A stretch of DNA of 64,000 nt from Candidatus Poribacteria bacterium. GTDB lineage: Bacteria > Poribacteria > WGA-4E > PCPOR2b. Positions within the stretch are counted from its first letter, which is position 1, and every line of letters starts with the position of its first letter. Positions 19,747 to 30,121 of the stretch are shown here, in pieces. Under the pieces are notes generated by a model. The model searched no databases, was not told the DNA's origin, and saw only the letters and a list, made by a program, of their open reading frames with translations. A program made the translations under genes and the position numbers. The stretch is from assembly GCA_965218095.1 (NCBI GenBank), contig OZ244587.1, positions 544,001 to 608,000 on the forward strand. The letters are read 5' to 3'.

Positions 19747-21213
19747 TTAGGCCGAGAACGGATCGTCCACCCAGGGGTACTTGTTCAGGTCAACCCGGGT
19801 GTAGGGAATTTCTTTAAATTGAGGGGCGACCGTCCCCGGAGCCGACATATAGATAACTTCGGCGGCAATGGGGGCAAATGCACCGTAAAAATGGTGAATG
19901 GATTTCACCACCAGCAAGCGCATTTGCGACGGGTCGATGCCGAGCTTACTGAAGACCTGGGGCGATAATACCTGGCCGCGCTTGGTGTTGACGATGATGT
20001 CAACGCCCTGGCAATGGAGCCGCACGGCGTCGCCAACCTCGACAATGAGTGATTTGTTATCGTCCTGGGGCCATTCCTGTTTCATGTCTAAATGGATGGC
20101 AGCCACTTCTACCCTGATATCCAGGGGATCCCCCGAGGTAGGCCCCATCTTGCCGCCCAGCCGCACGTCTAGGGTGGCGCCGACCCCGGACGCTTTGGCG
20201 ATGTCGACGACTATTGGATCCCACATCATGCCCAAGGCGGTCTCGGTCACCCCTCGTCGCAACAGTTCCGCGAGGACGACGGTGGAATCGCTGGGGGCGC
20301 CGCCGCCGGCGTTGTCAGCCTGATCGGCGACCACCACCGGCCAACTGTCGATGGCCAGGGCCTTATCAAGCGCCTGGTCCACGGGCAGCGAATCGAAGTT
20401 CACCTGGTGGCGCAGGGAAAAGAAGCGGCGGCCCCACTCTTCGGCGAGTCGGTCCGCCTGTTCCTGGTCGCTGTCGGTGATGGCCAGCATCTGGGTGCCG
20501 ATGGAGGGGATGTCCGCCCAGGGAAAGCCGTGGACCAGCGACAGGGAGAGGACATTGTCTTTGCCTTCCTGCGCCAGCATATCGTCCACAAAGGTGCGCA
20601 GGGGACCATAGGAGGTTGGGTACGACCCGATCATGCGACAGTCGAACAAACCCATGGTCGGATTGGTTTCTCCGGCAGCGGCGGCGGCCGTGAGTTCGAA
20701 CAGGTTGCGGGCACAGTCGGCAATGTCCGTGTGGGGAAACTCCTTGTAGAGAACGATGACATCGGCCAGCTCGGTCATCTCCTGGGTCACGTCACAGTGC
20801 AGATCCAGTAGCACCCCTATTTTGGTTTGGGCGCCGACGAGCTGGCGCACTCGCTGCAGGATGTCGGTTTCGCATTCGTCGTAGCCGTCGGCCACCATGG
20901 CTCCGTGCAGGGACAGGAGCACCATGTCGACGGGGAGGATGGTTTCGAGGGCATCCAGGAATTCATCCCGCAGGCTCTCGTACACCGAGCGCACGGTGAG
21001 TCCGGCCGGCTGGGCAAAGGCTTGTAGGCTGAATGTCAGGTCCCAGCCGCGGTCTCTGGCCATTTCCTGAAACGCGAGGATGGCGGCGGAGAAAAAGAAG
21101 TCCACCCCGCTATCCGGATCGTTTGCACGCCAGACGTCATAGTCGGCCAGTCCGGTGGGCATGGGAGAGAAGGTATTGGTTTCGGTGGCTATGCCGCCGG
21201 TGTAGATGTGCAT
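19747..21213 (-). CDS. M81-family metallopeptidase (MlrC-like)
   Basis: ETNTFSP, LHGAMVA, DLHC, YKEFPHTD, DNAGGG; start taken as MHIYTGG. Confidence 0.9.
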   Translation of the reverse strand: MHIYTGGIATETNTFSPMPTGLADYDVWRANDPDSGVDFFFSAAILAFQEMARDRGWDLTFSLQAFAQPAGLTVRSVYESLRDEFLDALETILPVDMVLLSLHGAMVADGYDECETDILQRVRQLVGAQTKIGVLLDLHCDVTQEMTELADVIVLYKEFPHTDIADCARNLFELTAAAAAGETNPTMGLFDCRMIGSYPTSYGPLRTFVDDMLAQEGKDNVLSLSLVHGFPWADIPSIGTQMLAITDSDQEQADRLAEEWGRRFFSLRHQVNFDSLPVDQALDKALAIDSWPVVVADQADNAGGGAPSDSTVVLAELLRRGVTETALGMMWDPIVVDIAKASGVGATLDVRLGGKMGPTSGDPLDIRVEVAAIHLDMKQEWPQDDNKSLIVEVGDAVRLHCQGVDIIVNTKRGQVLSPQVFSKLGIDPSQMRLLVVKSIHHFYGAFAPIAAEVIYMSAPGTVAPQFKEIPYTRVDLNKYPWVDDPFSA

Positions 21214-21562
21214 GGGGCGCTCCTTTCTCTTCTGGGTGAATTCCAGTTTGGATATGTTCGTGGCGGTCTCGACTACCGGATCGATACTCAAGATGGCAAC
21301 CCGGGCATTGAATTTTCATGGGACGGTAGCGTTGAAATGGATCCGGCTCTGGGCCGGTGCTGGAGATGCGACGCCTTCGAGGTGCAATATAAGCCATGAT
21401 TTCGTCGAAGCGTTTTAGAGCGAATTCGCCCCCAGTTACCTCCCAAACTGCACAGGGCATGGATCAATAACAGAACAGTTGTCTGCGCAGAGCCTCAGAA
21501 CCGGTCGTGAGGATGCTACGCGATGGATTCAGGACAATTCTGATAATTCACACCCACCAGAA

Positions 21563-22396
21563 TCAAGGGTGATAAAACGGCGCATCGCCCTTGACGGTTA
21601 CACGTAGCCCGCGCCGGCGGTTGGGGTAGTAGTCCCACATGGCGTGATGCTGGGCACAGCGATTGTCCCAGAACGCCACTGAGTCCGGTTGCCACTGGAA
21701 GCGGCATTGGAACTCCGGCTGCTCGATATGCCCAAAAAGCATACTGAGCACTGCGTCGCTCTCGCGCTGCGTGAGTTGAACGATTCGCGTGGTGAAGGTA
21801 CGGTTTACGAACACCGACTTGCGCCTGCTGACCGGATGTGTGCGCACCACCGGATGCTCGGATCGCGGGTACGTTTTACCCTCATCCTTCACCGCCCCAT
21901 AGCGACCGCGATAAACGTGTTCGCCGTCATGCACCGCAGTCAACCCCTCAAGGAAGCCCTGCATCGTTGCTGACAGCGCTTCAAAGGCCGCATACATATT
22001 CGCAAACAACGTGTCGCCCCCCACCGGTGGTGTTTCGACCATGTAAAGGATCGTCCCCAGCGGCGGTTCGGGATCACAGGAAACGTCCGAGTGCCACTCC
22101 TCGCCAGCAATGCGTTTACTGTTCTCGTCCGTGTAGATTTCCATGACTTCCGGATGCCCCTCGACGAGTCTGGGCCAGGCGGGATGAATGTGCAGTTCAC
22201 CAAAATGACGGCCCAGCATCTTTTGTTGTTCCGGAGTCATCTTCTGGTCGCGAAAGAACAGCACGCAGTGGTTGGCGAGCGCAGTTGTGAGCGTCTCGAT
22301 CCTCCCTTCATTGAGCAACTGCGAAAGGTCGATACCATGTACCTCGGCACCGCAATGCGGCGTCACCTTCTTCAGTTCGAGTTCTTGTAGTTTCAT
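21563..22396 (-). CDS. tauD: TauD-family alpha-ketoglutarate-dependent dioxygenase
   Basis: WHSDVS, GGDTLFAN, HPVVRTHP, FWDNRCAQH. Confidence 0.88.
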   Translation of the reverse strand: MKLQELELKKVTPHCGAEVHGIDLSQLLNEGRIETLTTALANHCVLFFRDQKMTPEQQKMLGRHFGELHIHPAWPRLVEGHPEVMEIYTDENSKRIAGEEWHSDVSCDPEPPLGTILYMVETPPVGGDTLFANMYAAFEALSATMQGFLEGLTAVHDGEHVYRGRYGAVKDEGKTYPRSEHPVVRTHPVSRRKSVFVNRTFTTRIVQLTQRESDAVLSMLFGHIEQPEFQCRFQWQPDSVAFWDNRCAQHHAMWDYYPNRRRGLRVTVKGDAPFYHP

Positions 22397-22442
22397 AGGA
22401 TTTCTTTCTCAATTCACTCTATGCCCCTGGTTAGGCTGCGAT

Positions 22443-23210
22443 TCACGCGGCGTCGTAACACCGCTCCTTCAGAAACGCAAGCATTCGCATGCGTTTAGGC
22501 GAGGCGTCCTCGAATAGCTCAGGGGTGTAATATGCCCATCCCTTTCGTGAGCTGTCGCGATGATACAGATTGACGATATAGTCCTCTTCGTCCGACATAC
22601 TGGGGTTCTGTATGAAGTTGAGGTAGATGCCGCGACGGCGCATGTCGCCAAAGGCGGCGTGGTAGAGCTTGACGTTAAAGACCACGGCATCCCCTGGATC
22701 CGACTCGATCGGATAAGTGCCGGGTACACCCTTTCCTAGAGACAGTATATCGTCGCCGTATCGTTCCATCCGTTCCCTGAATGCAGCGAATTGACTGCCC
22801 GGTAAAACACTTAAACAGCCACTATCAGCGCGGACAGCGTCTAAAAACAACACCACCTTAAGGTGCGTATGGTCCTCAGAGCTGATGGCGTCGTGGTGCC
22901 AACGGGTGCCCTCGTAATGCTGGATGCCTTCGGATACGCTGAAGATGAAATCCTCGCCCACCAAGTCCTCAACGACCTCGTAAATGCCGTCGTTGTCCAA
23001 TAGCCGGTGATAGACGCCAGGATTATTCCGATAAAACGGCACCACCTGCTGACGCCTGGTGCCTTCGGCCCATGGCACACCGCCGTTCGCCTTGAGCATG
23101 GTTTCGTCGAAGGCATCAATGTAAGTCTGCATCTCATCCGCGGGTATTAACTGTCGCAGACAGAGAAACCCCAGCGTTTCGAATTGGCGTTTCTGTGTAT
23201 CAGTAAGCAT
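22443..23210 (-). CDS. PhyH-family dioxygenase
   Basis: FETLGFL, WHHD, GCLSVLPGS, PGDAVVFNVKLYHA. Confidence 0.85.
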   Translation of the reverse strand: MLTDTQKRQFETLGFLCLRQLIPADEMQTYIDAFDETMLKANGGVPWAEGTRRQQVVPFYRNNPGVYHRLLDNDGIYEVVEDLVGEDFIFSVSEGIQHYEGTRWHHDAISSEDHTHLKVVLFLDAVRADSGCLSVLPGSQFAAFRERMERYGDDILSLGKGVPGTYPIESDPGDAVVFNVKLYHAAFGDMRRRGIYLNFIQNPSMSDEEDYIVNLYHRDSSRKGWAYYTPELFEDASPKRMRMLAFLKERCYDAA

Positions 23211-23258
23211 GATCGGCCCTCGCTTCCTTTCGGATGGTGATGATCAGGTGAATCTGTT

Positions 23259-23287
23259 GTTGGGTTTCGTGCCTCAACCCAACCTAC
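23259..23287 (-). repeat. GTAG-type REP-like palindrome
   Basis: Minus strand GTAGGTTGGGTTGAGGCACGAAACCCAAC. Confidence 0.7.
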
Positions 23288-23323
23288 CTGCTAAAAACCA
23301 ATAACTTGGCGCTGAAGGCGCCG

Positions 23324-24125
23324 CTAGCCGGCAAGCAGGGATTCAACACGCTGCTTGAGTTCTCCGGCAAGTACACAAGGATCCCATTCCCAGTGAGACT
23401 TGCCCATCATTTCCACCGCCCAGACGCCGTCATATCCGGTGTTTCGAATGGCCGCGATTCCTTCCTTCAACGGGTAGAACATCCCGGTCATTATCACGCC
23501 ATTCCTCACCCTCTTTCTCGGTTGCATCACTAATATGCACAGACGCTATAAGCGTTGCATCCAGCCTAGATATCTCGTCCCAGGGGGATCCAGCGGCCCA
23601 GTGGTGAAAGGTATCAACCACAATTCCGATATTTTTCCGTTCTGTGGCATCGACAATTTCCAGCACTCTCTCCAGCGAACGGAAGGGCGTAAACACCACC
23701 GGTTCAAAACCCAGGCGAACGCCAAACGGGGCCGCAATATTGGCCAGTTCTTTCAATGTGTCTACCACCTTGGCTCGTATCTCTATCCACGGAAGGTCTT
23801 TGAAAGCGTTCAGCGCCACAACTTGGAGATTCTCACAGTTCAATGCCTGGGCGACCTCACATAGTCTCTCACAATCATTGTTGTACAGTTCATGCTGCGA
23901 CTTAGACTCCTGGCAGTCTATAGATGCCAGACGATTAAGCATATTGACTTTCGTCGAGCCCAAGACAGACGCCAAGTCGTCCACCCGGTAGCCGGCATCG
24001 AGATATCTTTCCAGCTTTGGCGCCAATATCTCAATTGCGTCGTATCCTGCTGACTTAACAATTCGTATGTCGGTCAGCATGTTTGTATGCAGGATGCAAC
24101 CGGCATGTAATCCTAGAAGTTCCAT
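23324..24125 (-). pseudogene. Sugar phosphate isomerase/epimerase (xylose isomerase-like TIM barrel), frameshift near the 3' end
   Basis: GYDAIE, LGFEP, DTFHH, VHISD, RDVLP; C-terminus GYDGVWAVE continues in another frame. Confidence 0.8.
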
Positions 24126-24251
24126 GTCTACACCTCAACTTACCCATCACGGATAAAGGGGTAAATGACGATGTCCCATCGACCACCAAAGAATTTATGA
24201 TGCCTCAATTCACCCACCAACCTCATACCCAGATGCGCGGTGATTCATGGT

Positions 24252-24399
24252 TCCTAACGAAAAAAGTTCAGTTGTCCGCTGTGCGGACGGGCACGGCGGG
24301 GGTTTGCCGAAAACGCTCGACGAACCGAAACCCAGCGCAACCCCAAAAATGTTAATAAAACCACAGCTCCCCGCCGTCAACTGCAACGACTGGTTAGGA
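24252..24399 (-). other. Solo attC site (family B, 148 bp)
   Basis: Minus strand TCCTAAC-CAGTC-GTTGCAGTTG..CAACTGAAC-TTTTTTC-GTTAGGA; homologous to 31719-31864. Confidence 0.8.
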
Positions 24400-24459
24400 T
24401 CATGATGGGTCGATTTCCCATTTACTCTTCGACCCACGACCGTACTGAGCCACTGCGGT

Positions 24460-26127
24460 TCAATCTCTAAACTGGAATGAGTACAGTTTCGCACGACGCA
24501 GGTAGAATTTCAGCTTTATGGTCTTGTCTTCCAAGCTGCCCAGTTCCGAGCCGCTTTTCCAAGCCATCGTATGACGCACGTTGTTACCTTTGAAGGCAAC
24601 ACACTCGGCACGGGTGAAGCCGCCAATGAGCGTAACATCGACTGATCCGTACATATTCTTGTATTCCAGTATTTCGACGGCCAATTCACCATCGTCAGCA
24701 TCGGCGTTGACCACCAGGCTGCCGCCATTAAACTTAAATGGCTTGGTAGTAAGAACGCCTGTCTCGTTGTCGGCCTCGAGGGAAACGAACCCGTCAAGCC
24801 TGAGTTTGCTCAAAGCTACCGCATTGTTAACGGGGTTAGTCCCAGATGGGAGCGGAGGCATTGGATTCGGGGCATGAGCGGTTTCCCGGCCTGCATAGTA
24901 GATCCATATCTCGTCACCCACAATCAAGGGGGGTTGAAACACATGGATCCACTCCCGCCTCTGGTCATATGGCTTCACCAGGGGCATAAAGGGTTTTCTC
25001 TCGCCAATCCTGATCCACCTCACTCCGTCTCGGCTGAAGGTCAATTCAACGTCCTCGGATTCCCCCTCCTCGGCGGTGGTGTGCACCTCCATATGGTTCT
25101 CGGACGAAGCCTGTGGTTTTGATGACCTTATTTTGTATTTGCGGTTGATACCTAGAAATCCGAAATAGACACCTTCGTATTGGAGGACCTCCATGTCATG
25201 GAAGGTGCCGCCGGTCTCACGGTCTTTTGCATCGGGGATCAATACAACCTCCGCCGGGGTCCAGTTCACAAAGTCGCGGCTCTGGCTGCGACCGACTATT
25301 CGAAGGTTCCCCGGCTTGGTGGGGTTAGAGGAGGGGTCAACCTCACCGAATGCAGCGAACATCCTCACTAACACCACGTAACGATCGATTCTGGTATCCC
25401 AGAAGACGTTGTTTTCTGTATCGCTTCGCAAAGGTATTATCGGATTGTCTTCATAGGGCGTCCAATGGATACCGTCGGGTGAATATGCTCCGTTGACCAT
25501 GAAGTAGGCCAAGGCAGGCGAGCCGCGGTAGAGCATCTTGTACTTTTTGGCTGGATCCTTTTCGACCGGGTCCTTCATGACGCAAAGGCCGTCAAGCATT
25601 GATCGTTGAGAATTCTCGTACGCCTTTCTCATCGACGGATCCCGCTCTGCGTCTTCTTTTGTCGGTGGGTCGGACTGAAAAATGACGTTGTTCGACCGCG
25701 AGCCTCGAAATTCCACTAGACCGAGCTGCGGCTTGGTCCAGACGACCCCATCCTCAGAGGTGGCATAGGCTGACGCTGCCGCGTTTTCTATTTCGTCGTA
25801 GCTTCTCACCCCATACCACATTTTGAACAGTCCTTGCTCGGTGTCATAGATGACGCTGCCGTATTGTGAAGTACGCAGGCCTTGCTCCCAAGGCTGATCG
25901 CAGTGCAGGACTGGGTTACCTTCGTACTTGACCGGTTGATTCAGAACACGTCTGAGGCCGTCCATCTCCTCGATGATAAAATCGTCCACGAAGAACTGCT
26001 TCTGGGTGCCAACGTGGCGATAATAACCATGCTTCCAGCCCCACCAGCCTCCGCCAGGGGCTGTTTGAGCTGCAAACAACAATGATGAACCAAGCAACAG
26101 AAAACATATCAATAGTAATAGGTACAT
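24460..26127 (-). CDS. Secreted beta-propeller glycoside hydrolase-like protein (GH32/43-like)
   Basis: Signal peptide; YATSEDGVVW, SPDGIHW, SRDFVNW, SRDGVRW; LRLDGFVSL tail. Confidence 0.75.
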   Translation of the reverse strand: MYLLLLICFLLLGSSLLFAAQTAPGGGWWGWKHGYYRHVGTQKQFFVDDFIIEEMDGLRRVLNQPVKYEGNPVLHCDQPWEQGLRTSQYGSVIYDTEQGLFKMWYGVRSYDEIENAAASAYATSEDGVVWTKPQLGLVEFRGSRSNNVIFQSDPPTKEDAERDPSMRKAYENSQRSMLDGLCVMKDPVEKDPAKKYKMLYRGSPALAYFMVNGAYSPDGIHWTPYEDNPIIPLRSDTENNVFWDTRIDRYVVLVRMFAAFGEVDPSSNPTKPGNLRIVGRSQSRDFVNWTPAEVVLIPDAKDRETGGTFHDMEVLQYEGVYFGFLGINRKYKIRSSKPQASSENHMEVHTTAEEGESEDVELTFSRDGVRWIRIGERKPFMPLVKPYDQRREWIHVFQPPLIVGDEIWIYYAGRETAHAPNPMPPLPSGTNPVNNAVALSKLRLDGFVSLEADNETGVLTTKPFKFNGGSLVVNADADDGELAVEILEYKNMYGSVDVTLIGGFTRAECVAFKGNNVRHTMAWKSGSELGSLEDKTIKLKFYLRRAKLYSFQFRD

Positions 26128-26139
26128 GACAATGACTCC

Positions 26140-27372
26140 TTAATCATTATTCTCATAGAACCATTTGACTGGTACAACCTTTATCTTGCATGCAACGTAG
26201 CCGACGGGGTCATACTTACACCCGTAGCCATAGGTTATTATCACCTTATCATTAAGGAACGTACAGGTCGGATAGGCTACGCGCAGAGCCCCGGGAGCTT
26301 TGTGGTACCGCTTGCGATCCTCGGGTTGATGGTATGTGCTATATTTTTTGGAATCGGTGTGGTAACGCTTTATCTCCGACAGTTCAACCCGGGTAACGTC
26401 ATCCAGGGATTCCAGGTTCTTGAAGCTCTCCCAAGTTTTTCCCTCGTCGCGGCTAATCGCGCAGGAAAGGCGATGGCGGGTGAGATAACGCTGCCACTCC
26501 TTGGACGAGGTCTGGTTCCAGATAACCAGAAGATCGTCCGTCGTAGGGATGCGCCTGACGATGCACGGAGTATCGCCGGAAACGAGCTGAGTCGGCTCGA
26601 CCTGCTCCCAAGTGTCTCCTTGATCCTTGGAAATACACTGGAACAGACGGTTGAGATTCGTCCTTCCCATTCCCAGCAGCCGACCGTCCTTGAGCTCCAC
26701 CACACTCCACTCGTCCCACATCTGTATTCCTTTGTAGTCGGCATCGAAGGGCACGAGAATAATAGTCTTACTTTCGTACCAGGTCTTGCCCTCGTCGTCG
26801 GAGTAGTGGGCGATACCGAAGTTGAAATCCATGTCCCCCTCGCCCATAATCTTGGCCAGCGGAGGAGACATATACGCCGGAGCAAGGATACGACCGCTTT
26901 TGAGCACAATAGCACAATCGTTTCTGACGTGATTGCCCCACTTGCGAGGACCTATCGCTGCCGGCTTGCTCCATGTCTCACCCTCATCCTCGGAGCGATA
27001 GAAGGTATCAAAACAGATCAGTCCGATAGCCCCGGACTTCAGTCTCAACAGGCTACAATGGCCTCCTTTGACGGATTCGCCGCCCTTAATCTTCAGAGAA
27101 AATAGCTCGCTCCAGGTCTTGCCGCCATCAGCAGAGGTAACGCCATAGGTCCCGCCGCCGGGGACTCCCTTGAAATTCCCGCCACGCCACAAGTTGGACG
27201 CCAGCAGCAACCGCCCGTCTTTCAAAGGCAGGACGCTGGGAACATAGGGTGATCCCCCGCACAACGCTCCCCCACCGATCTGATCCTCGATGGGGTAAAT
27301 CTCCCCGCCGAAGCTGATAATCCCCTCAAAGGTTTCCTGTGTCATAATATAACCTTTCGTATACAACAACAA
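26140..27372 (-). CDS. BNR/Asp-box sialidase-family protein
   Basis: Five Asp boxes (SADGGKTW, SEDEGETW, SDDEGKTW, SKDQGDTW, SRDEGKTW). Confidence 0.85.
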   Translation of the reverse strand: MLLYTKGYIMTQETFEGIISFGGEIYPIEDQIGGGALCGGSPYVPSVLPLKDGRLLLASNLWRGGNFKGVPGGGTYGVTSADGGKTWSELFSLKIKGGESVKGGHCSLLRLKSGAIGLICFDTFYRSEDEGETWSKPAAIGPRKWGNHVRNDCAIVLKSGRILAPAYMSPPLAKIMGEGDMDFNFGIAHYSDDEGKTWYESKTIILVPFDADYKGIQMWDEWSVVELKDGRLLGMGRTNLNRLFQCISKDQGDTWEQVEPTQLVSGDTPCIVRRIPTTDDLLVIWNQTSSKEWQRYLTRHRLSCAISRDEGKTWESFKNLESLDDVTRVELSEIKRYHTDSKKYSTYHQPEDRKRYHKAPGALRVAYPTCTFLNDKVIITYGYGCKYDPVGYVACKIKVVPVKWFYENND

Positions 27373-27563
27373 AATAAACAGTGTACTATATGAGCGAAAA
27401 GAATTTTGGATACACTATGTTGCTCCTGACATATCCCCGATTTATATGCCAAGTTCTGTGTGAGTCAGACCGGTTTCCTTCCGTGTGTTCCGGTCTTGCC
27501 ATCAAGGACAACTCCGGCAAAAGTGTTTTCTGCCTCTTTGGTGGTCAGGTAGCTGCTCCGTGT

Positions 27564-29429
27564 CTATTGCATGGCAGTTTTGAGGGCCTGGATGTGTCTG
27601 GCTGCCTCCTGGCGGAAATGATCGGCCTGGGGCTCCGTCCATTTGCCTTCGTGTGCCCCTTCCCCCCAGGGGATGTTGTCCATTGTGGCGTTCAGGAAGA
27701 CTTCCGCGTTATCGGCAAGCAGGGCGAGTTGGGTCCGTTTGTCGTTCGAGACGTTCTTTGAGGCGAGAGACTTGTGTGCCTGAGCTATCCAATGTTTTAA
27801 CGTCCGTGCATAGCGGGAGTCGTTGATGCCCTCGCGAATCGCCTCCCAAGGCACGGTAGGTAACAATGTGCCATCACGGGAGATGTAGGAAGGTGCAGCG
27901 TGTGCGTAACTCCTGCCCTCATTTCCGCGTATGAACTCGTCGTATTCATTTGTGTACTCATAGGGTCCGTAGTACGTCCACATCGTCATGCCGGTAGCCC
28001 CACCCTTTTCGGGCAAGAGTCCTGCATTGGTTCGCATACCCTGGTAGCCGTTGCTCGGGCTCAGCGACAATATCGCCCAAACCGCGGCTCCTTTCTTCCC
28101 TGCCGCGGCCAGGATCGCCTCATTGGTTTCCTTGTCAGCTAAGTTATCCAACGTGGTGTTCGCTATGTCCAACCACGGCAAGAGCTTCTGGATGACGTTG
28201 AGTTCGTACGCGGTGCAGAAAATCCGTGCGCTAGGAAGCGCCTGCTTGAGAATCGGCATCTCAAGCAGAGCCCAGTTCATAACCGCGTCGTTGAACCGTG
28301 GTTCATCAACGGGGTAATAGATTAGTGGATAGGGCCAGCCGGCTTGTTTTGCATGGGCGTCAATCTGGCGGAAAAGGTCCGCAAGCACGGGTTTCAGCGA
28401 TTCAGGATACTTGTCTACTTCGTAAAGCACGTTCTTCGTACCGTAATACCTGTGCGGTTTGAATCCCTTCTCCATACCAAACAGGAGTATAAGTTTATTG
28501 GAAAGCAACCGGGGATAGTAAATCACATCCTTAAAGCCCAACTCTTTGATCACGGGCATACACTGATCGGCATTGGGGAAGGTCAACTCCACTTTATCGC
28601 CCACTTTCTTCATTACCGGTTCGACCTTGCCGTCGCAGTACAGAATGCCGGTCATTCCGTGGTCCCGCATGTCCTGAAAAACACGTTTGGTAATAGTTCC
28701 GTTCCAACCGCCATAGTAATACATACCCCACCACATGGACTCGGCGAGCACAAAGTCAGGCACCCGGACGACAAGTTCCAGGTCGGCGGTACCGCCCTTC
28801 TCGGCGCTTATGGTGATCTTTCCTCGATAGCTACTTGCGGTGGCGTTTTTCGGCACGGCGATCGTCAACCAGAATTGCTGACTTTGGTCCTGCTCTACAG
28901 CCGGGGCATCTTTTTGTTGGATCAAGAGATGGGGAACCCGGTGAACTCGGTAGGACCCAAGCCTGCGGTATATTGATTTGACGATTCGAACGTCAATCGC
29001 TTTCTTGTCAACCCGTCCACCGCCTGCCGAGACCAAGTCGGTTACAGTTATTCGCACCATGCCCAGGTCCCTGATCGCGTAAATCGCGAATTGCACGTGC
29101 CGCTTTTCTCCGGCGGTGATCAGTGTTTCCAATGCCGAGGTCAACTCACCTCTCCGCGGCGCCGAGTTTTCAAATACCTCGTCCGAAGCCTTCCGCTGAT
29201 AAACGACATATCCCTGCTTTTTCTGGGCGGGTTTCCGCGCACGGGTCCTGAATACCGTTTGGGGCCTGATTTCGGTGTATTCCTCATCCTCGAAGATGAG
29301 TATCCTCTTGCCGTCCACTATCTTTTCCGTTACGTTTTGTGCCAAGGCGTTTGTCCCGACAAAGAAGGTCACGCAGAGCATACCGCAGATTGCCACAAAT
29401 CTTTCAAGGAAACGTGGGCGGTGCGACAT
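27564..29429 (-). CDS. Secreted glycoside hydrolase-like protein (GH123-like)
   Basis: Signal peptide; FWLTIAVP, YYPVDEP, WEAIREGINDSRY. Confidence 0.6.
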   Translation of the reverse strand: MSHRPRFLERFVAICGMLCVTFFVGTNALAQNVTEKIVDGKRILIFEDEEYTEIRPQTVFRTRARKPAQKKQGYVVYQRKASDEVFENSAPRRGELTSALETLITAGEKRHVQFAIYAIRDLGMVRITVTDLVSAGGGRVDKKAIDVRIVKSIYRRLGSYRVHRVPHLLIQQKDAPAVEQDQSQQFWLTIAVPKNATASSYRGKITISAEKGGTADLELVVRVPDFVLAESMWWGMYYYGGWNGTITKRVFQDMRDHGMTGILYCDGKVEPVMKKVGDKVELTFPNADQCMPVIKELGFKDVIYYPRLLSNKLILLFGMEKGFKPHRYYGTKNVLYEVDKYPESLKPVLADLFRQIDAHAKQAGWPYPLIYYPVDEPRFNDAVMNWALLEMPILKQALPSARIFCTAYELNVIQKLLPWLDIANTTLDNLADKETNEAILAAAGKKGAAVWAILSLSPSNGYQGMRTNAGLLPEKGGATGMTMWTYYGPYEYTNEYDEFIRGNEGRSYAHAAPSYISRDGTLLPTVPWEAIREGINDSRYARTLKHWIAQAHKSLASKNVSNDKRTQLALLADNAEVFLNATMDNIPWGEGAHEGKWTEPQADHFRQEAARHIQALKTAMQ

Positions 29430-29508
29430 TTGTCGGGTCCTTTCGTAATGTATTCTTGTCGGCTCAATTCACAGTGAGTGTTGGTAACGTGTTCACATCC
29501 GGTTAATA

Positions 29509-30027
29509 CTAATTCTTGATCAATATGTTACAAATGTGTATAATGTAATCTAGACCTTTGAACAATCCAAAGGGAATGAATCCCAAAATAAACAGCATCG
29601 GCAAGTCAAGCGCCGCGGCAAGAAAAGCCTTCCAACGCCCGTTATAACTTAGCTTCCAGCTAGAAAATAGTAGACCTCCGAGCAGCCAGAGAGAGTACAG
29701 TTGAAGAGGCAAGAAGATTATGCCGAACAAAGCAGCACGCAATGCGCGATTCACCGCTTCTTCAATTTCCGAGACGTCGGTAAACCCTTCCTCCACGTCA
29801 ATAGGAGCAATATCTGGCTCTTGGAGGAAGGCAATTGCCTGTTCGACATCGGGCTCGGCGACTTGCAATTTGATGCCACCGAGCGCATTGCTCAGATGCC
29901 AAGCCACGCCAACGGTCAATTCGTCAGCGAGAAAAACCGTCAGATCGTTGGCTTCGAGGACACTCTTGGCGAGTGAGGCATCGGTAGGCATTTGAAAGGT
30001 AGCGACTGTCACAAGCTTTTCGGTCAT
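29509..30027 (-). CDS. DUF2007-like membrane protein (cassette)
   Basis: LVTVATF..ASLAKSVLEAN..GGIKLQVAEPD; C-terminal TM helices; follows the attC R' site. Confidence 0.75.
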   Translation of the reverse strand: MTEKLVTVATFQMPTDASLAKSVLEANDLTVFLADELTVGVAWHLSNALGGIKLQVAEPDVEQAIAFLQEPDIAPIDVEEGFTDVSEIEEAVNRALRAALFGIIFLPLQLYSLWLLGGLLFSSWKLSYNGRWKAFLAAALDLPMLFILGFIPFGLFKGLDYIIHICNILIKN

Positions 30028-30043
30028 AGCGGTTTATCCTTCC

Positions 30044-30114
30044 TCCAAACGACCAAGCTCACCGGCGGCAATGGAACGTAGCGGAATTGCCGCCGGTGCA
30101 GCGCTTTGTTAGCC
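30044..30114 (-). other. attC site (family C, 71 bp)
   Basis: GGCTAAC-AAAGC-GCTGCACCGGCGGCAAT..ATTGCCGCCGGTGAGC-TTGGTC-GTTTGGA; R'' ATGGCTAAC is the exact complement of cassette start GTTAGCCAT (31725). Confidence 0.92.
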
Positions 30115-30121
30115 ATTTGTA

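Noticed and set aside
26302-27105. Long plus-strand ORF (also 41734-42438, 36146-36790, 28344-28976)
   Set aside because: Antisense shadows of well-supported minus-strand genes; no recognisable motifs
29482-29508. TGGTAAC..GTTAATA after the DUF2007 gene as attC
   Set aside because: Only 27 bp with no L boxes; at most a collapsed remnant
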